Virus record (IMG/VR): IMGVR_UViG_3300025073_000027
Coordinates: 1 to 64,000 of that record
Length of the DNA stretch: 64,000 bases
Origin: a virus
Reading direction: 5' to 3' (one strand)
Shown: positions 61,161 to 64,000 of the stretch, one piece after another
Numbering within the stretch: the stretch's first letter is position 1
Layout: each line of letters starts with the position of its first letter
Notes under the pieces: generated by a model
What the model was told of the DNA's origin: nothing
What the model saw: the letters and a program-made list of their open reading frames with translations, nothing else
Databases searched by the model: none
Made by a program: the position numbers and the translations under genes

Positions 61161-61703
61161 ATGCCAGAATATAATCAATATGAACAATTGCCAAATCTTC
61201 CTTATAATTGTATAAAATATTTAATGGAAAATAGTGAGTTGGCATTCCGCTTACTTCAATATAATGACGGAAACGCCTGGAAACTAGATGTAACTCATCC
61301 TAATTTAACAACTGCTGAAAAGGGTGCGTTAATTTATGATGGAGTTAAAAGTCAAACTGATTGTAGAATATTTATGACTGCGGGAATTGATAGTGCTTGG
61401 ACTGAACAAGTTTGTCAATTACGCATTAGTATTCTTGAGGTTTATCCTTCTAATCATATTGTTGGTAATGTATTAATAGGAATGGAAGTATATCCTCATG
61501 CTTTAGTATCTCAACTTTCAAATTATACTACGCGAGCAGATTTAATGATACAAGAATTGATACGTGTATTTAATGGGGCAGAAATAGGTGGATTAGGATA
61601 TTTATTTTTTGATGCTTCCAAAAATTCACGTTGTAGGATGATGTCGATTGGTGCATCTCCTTTTATTGGAAAAGCAATTTCTTTCGCTAATTGGGTAATT
61701 TAG
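61161..61703 (+). CDS. Putative tail terminator/completion protein
   Basis: Position before the tail tube; RADLMIQEL...G.G.L.F. Confidence 0.6.
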   Translation: MPEYNQYEQLPNLPYNCIKYLMENSELAFRLLQYNDGNAWKLDVTHPNLTTAEKGALIYDGVKSQTDCRIFMTAGIDSAWTEQVCQLRISILEVYPSNHIVGNVLIGMEVYPHALVSQLSNYTTRADLMIQELIRVFNGAEIGGLGYLFFDASKNSRCRMMSIGASPFIGKAISFANWVI

Positions 61704-61716
61704 GAGGTGTTCATGG

Positions 61717-62562
61717 ATGGATGATATCGAAAAGATATATGATTCCAAGAGAGATTTATGGGGGCAAGCACAAATTTATAAAAATATAAATTTTTATCCC
61801 ATACGATTAAAAGATACTCATGCTCAAAATCTTTATTATAAATTGTTTCAATATCCTAAAAATTTTATTAATGAAAAACAAATAGTTAAAGCAAGTTATT
61901 TGAAATATTTATTATTATTTATTCAACAATCTATGAATCCTGATGGCAGGGAAATCCAAGACGGATTGATAGATTTTTTAAAATTGGTAACTCAAAGCGA
62001 AAAAATAGAAATAGAATATAAATTGATAAATATACCAGATGAGCAGAAACAAGATATATTAAATCGAATGGTAATAACCATAGATATAGATGGCATTATT
62101 TTCACAGAAAAAGATTTCGATATTATTAGAGAAATTATTCTTAGGCAAAATGGTTTATCGACAAAATTTATAGAAGAATATAATCCTGAATTAGAAAGAC
62201 ATTTACAATATGTGAATAGCAAATTCGATGATCTTTCTTTAGAAGATGAAGTGATTTTATTTTCTGTAATGATGGGTAAAAACTTAATGGAAATAGAAAA
62301 TTATACTCTTTATCAATTTCGTAAGAGTATGGAAAGATTATTGTTGCTACATAATTTTGATTTATATAGTCCTTTAGAAATATCTGGGCAAATAAAAAGT
62401 AAAGATGGATCAGAAATTGTAAAACATTATTTTTCGGCTATTAATAAAAATTCAGGTAGATATTCAAATATTATGATAGAAAAAGATGAATTTTTGAATA
62501 GTAATCCATATTTACCAGATGAAAATGGTGTAATACGAGATTCTATGGGAAGTGTAAAATAA
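61717..62562 (+). CDS. Conserved tail-module protein of SPbeta-like phages
   Basis: FYPIRLKD...FDIIREIILRQN...YTLYQF. Confidence 0.65.
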   Translation: MDDIEKIYDSKRDLWGQAQIYKNINFYPIRLKDTHAQNLYYKLFQYPKNFINEKQIVKASYLKYLLLFIQQSMNPDGREIQDGLIDFLKLVTQSEKIEIEYKLINIPDEQKQDILNRMVITIDIDGIIFTEKDFDIIREIILRQNGLSTKFIEEYNPELERHLQYVNSKFDDLSLEDEVILFSVMMGKNLMEIENYTLYQFRKSMERLLLLHNFDLYSPLEISGQIKSKDGSEIVKHYFSAINKNSGRYSNIMIEKDEFLNSNPYLPDENGVIRDSMGSVK

Positions 62563-62630
62563 ATTATTAAATATTAAATTTAGTAATGTATAAATAAATT
62601 TAATATAAGAAAAAAGGAGAAAAAAATAAT

Positions 62631-63662
62631 ATGGCAAATCAATTTTTAGTTAGTGTTGCAGATGCAATTGGGCGGGATGCTTCTACAGGCGATTTACTTT
62701 TTGTAGGTAAGGCAAATATATCTTCAAGTTTTACAATGTCCACCCAAAAGACTGAAGTGCGTGGTGGTATTGGTAATGCTATTTTGTATACTTATTATCA
62801 TGATAAGGCTTTGGAAGTTAAAATTGAAGCTGCTACATTCGAAAAATCATTACTTGCTTTAAATGCTGGAACTACGGTTGTAACTGGTAGCACTACTGTT
62901 GTAAAACAAGAATCTGTTACATTAGTTGCGGGTGTTGGTACTGTGACTGAAACTCCTACTGGTGGTAAAGTTAGTGTTTTACTTCCTGATGGAAGTATTC
63001 AGAATTTAACTCCAAATGGAAGTGAAATTACTGTTTCTGGTGGTGCTGCACAAACTGTAACTGCTATTTATGAATATACTGATACTGATGCACAATATGT
63101 AACTGGCTTTTCGACTTTACCTCCTACTGGCATTGATCTTACTTTAATTAGTGAAGTGCGAAATGCTGCTACAACTCTTGAATATTATTTTGTAATTAAT
63201 GTTCCGAACTTCAATGTTTCTGGTAACTATACAATGGCGTTGTCTGCCAATGGTGTTTCTCAGCAATCACTTGATGGTATGGCTGCTGTAACAACTGATG
63301 CGGCAGGAGATTATTATTTTAAAGCATATTGGATTCCTACTACTACAACTACCGCTGTTGCATATACTGATATTGCTGCAACTCCTTCGGTAATTACTTT
63401 TTCTGCTGCTGATCTTCCCGATACTCAGCAATTAAGTGTATTAGGCATTAAGGGTGGAATTTATGCAAATGTTAATATTACTACTTCATGTACTTTTGAG
63501 GTAACTTCTGGTTGTACGGATGTAATTTGGTCTGGTAGTACGGGTGTAATTAGTGCGTGTGCTACTGCTATTGAAAATGATGCTGCTGTGGTTGAGGTCT
63601 CATATTGGGACGTAACTAGCGGAAGTTTGAGCGACACCATGAATGTCGCAATTGGAGCATAA
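62631..63662 (+). CDS. Major tail tube protein with C-terminal Ig-like domain
   Basis: FLVSVADA...EVRGGIGN..LY.YYHD; strong RBS and terminator. Confidence 0.8.
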   Translation: MANQFLVSVADAIGRDASTGDLLFVGKANISSSFTMSTQKTEVRGGIGNAILYTYYHDKALEVKIEAATFEKSLLALNAGTTVVTGSTTVVKQESVTLVAGVGTVTETPTGGKVSVLLPDGSIQNLTPNGSEITVSGGAAQTVTAIYEYTDTDAQYVTGFSTLPPTGIDLTLISEVRNAATTLEYYFVINVPNFNVSGNYTMALSANGVSQQSLDGMAAVTTDAAGDYYFKAYWIPTTTTTAVAYTDIAATPSVITFSAADLPDTQQLSVLGIKGGIYANVNITTSCTFEVTSGCTDVIWSGSTGVISACATAIENDAAVVEVSYWDVTSGSLSDTMNVAIGA

Positions 63663-63683
63663 TCATCAATATTGTTTTTTATA

Positions 63684-63711
63684 AAGTAGGAACATTTATT
63701 TGTTCCTACTT
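63684..63711 (+). terminator. Terminator after the tail tube gene
   Basis: aagtaggaaca / tgttcctactt. Confidence 0.7.
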
Positions 63712-63740
63712 ATCAATTTTTATAAAAAGAGGTGGCATAT

Positions 63741-64000
63741 ATGACAGACGGTTATAATAGTTGCAACGCGCCTTGTATTTGGATAGAAAATTTATCGAAA
63801 AGAGTAGATAAAATGGAGGATACATTTGGTAATGTTAATAATAAAGTAATCGATATTGATAAAAGATATTCTCTTACTGAAATATTATTAGCTAAATTAG
63901 AAGCGGCATTTACCAATAATACAAATGCGATAATTAGTATTGAGAAGACTATGATATCGATGCAAAATGATATAAAAAATAATGCTTATACTACAATGCG
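63741..64000 (+). CDS. Coiled-coil protein, truncated by the window end
   Basis: ATG after GAGGTG; open to the end (MTDGYNSCNAPC...). Confidence 0.6.
   Translation, partial: MTDGYNSCNAPCIWIENLSKRVDKMEDTFGNVNNKVIDIDKRYSLTEILLAKLEAAFTNNTNAIISIEKTMISMQNDIKNNAYTTM

Noticed and set aside
34150-62222. Minus-strand and alternate-frame ORFs in the right arm (e.g. 37408-37887, 43554-43958, 49723-49956, 49745-49963, 55491-55688)
   Set aside because: Overlap core genes in other frames; low-complexity shadows
1-64000. Stop-codon reassignment explaining the many short ORFs
   Set aside because: Long core genes are intact in the standard code; TAA, TAG and TGA all end genes followed by new RBSs

Overview
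Window of a large, AT-rich (by eye about 25-30% GC) tailed phage genome with SPbeta-like gene order. Left arm (1-27.5 kb, minus strand): a dense array of about 80 short accessory genes driven by sigma70/sigmaA-type promoters. It includes a Csx16-like (ring-nuclease family) protein, a radical SAM enzyme, two orphan HicA-like RNases, a small-alarmone-hydrolase-like HD protein, DUF932 and tRNA-Leu(UAA). Centre (27.5-31.7 kb): non-coding control region, HNH gene, probable iteron origin next to a wHTH protein, and divergent promoters. Right arm (plus strand): YonO-like single-subunit RNA polymerase, HU, exonuclease, terminase, portal, protease/scaffold, capsid, neck, tail tube, two free-standing homing endonucleases and GC-richer imported virion modules. 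Main unexplained signals: (1) about 45 copies of an 18-bp palindrome ATAAAA-N6-TTTTAT at gene junctions, often supplying the stop codon, giving a gene-cassette-like array; (2) strong Ser-Gly-Ser enrichment in virion accessory proteins (candidate modification sequon); (3) a shared pseudoknot-capable RNA leader before both unrelated homing endonucleases; (4) a phage Csx16-like protein with an altered motif. All family assignments are from motif recognition by eye; no database searches were run.
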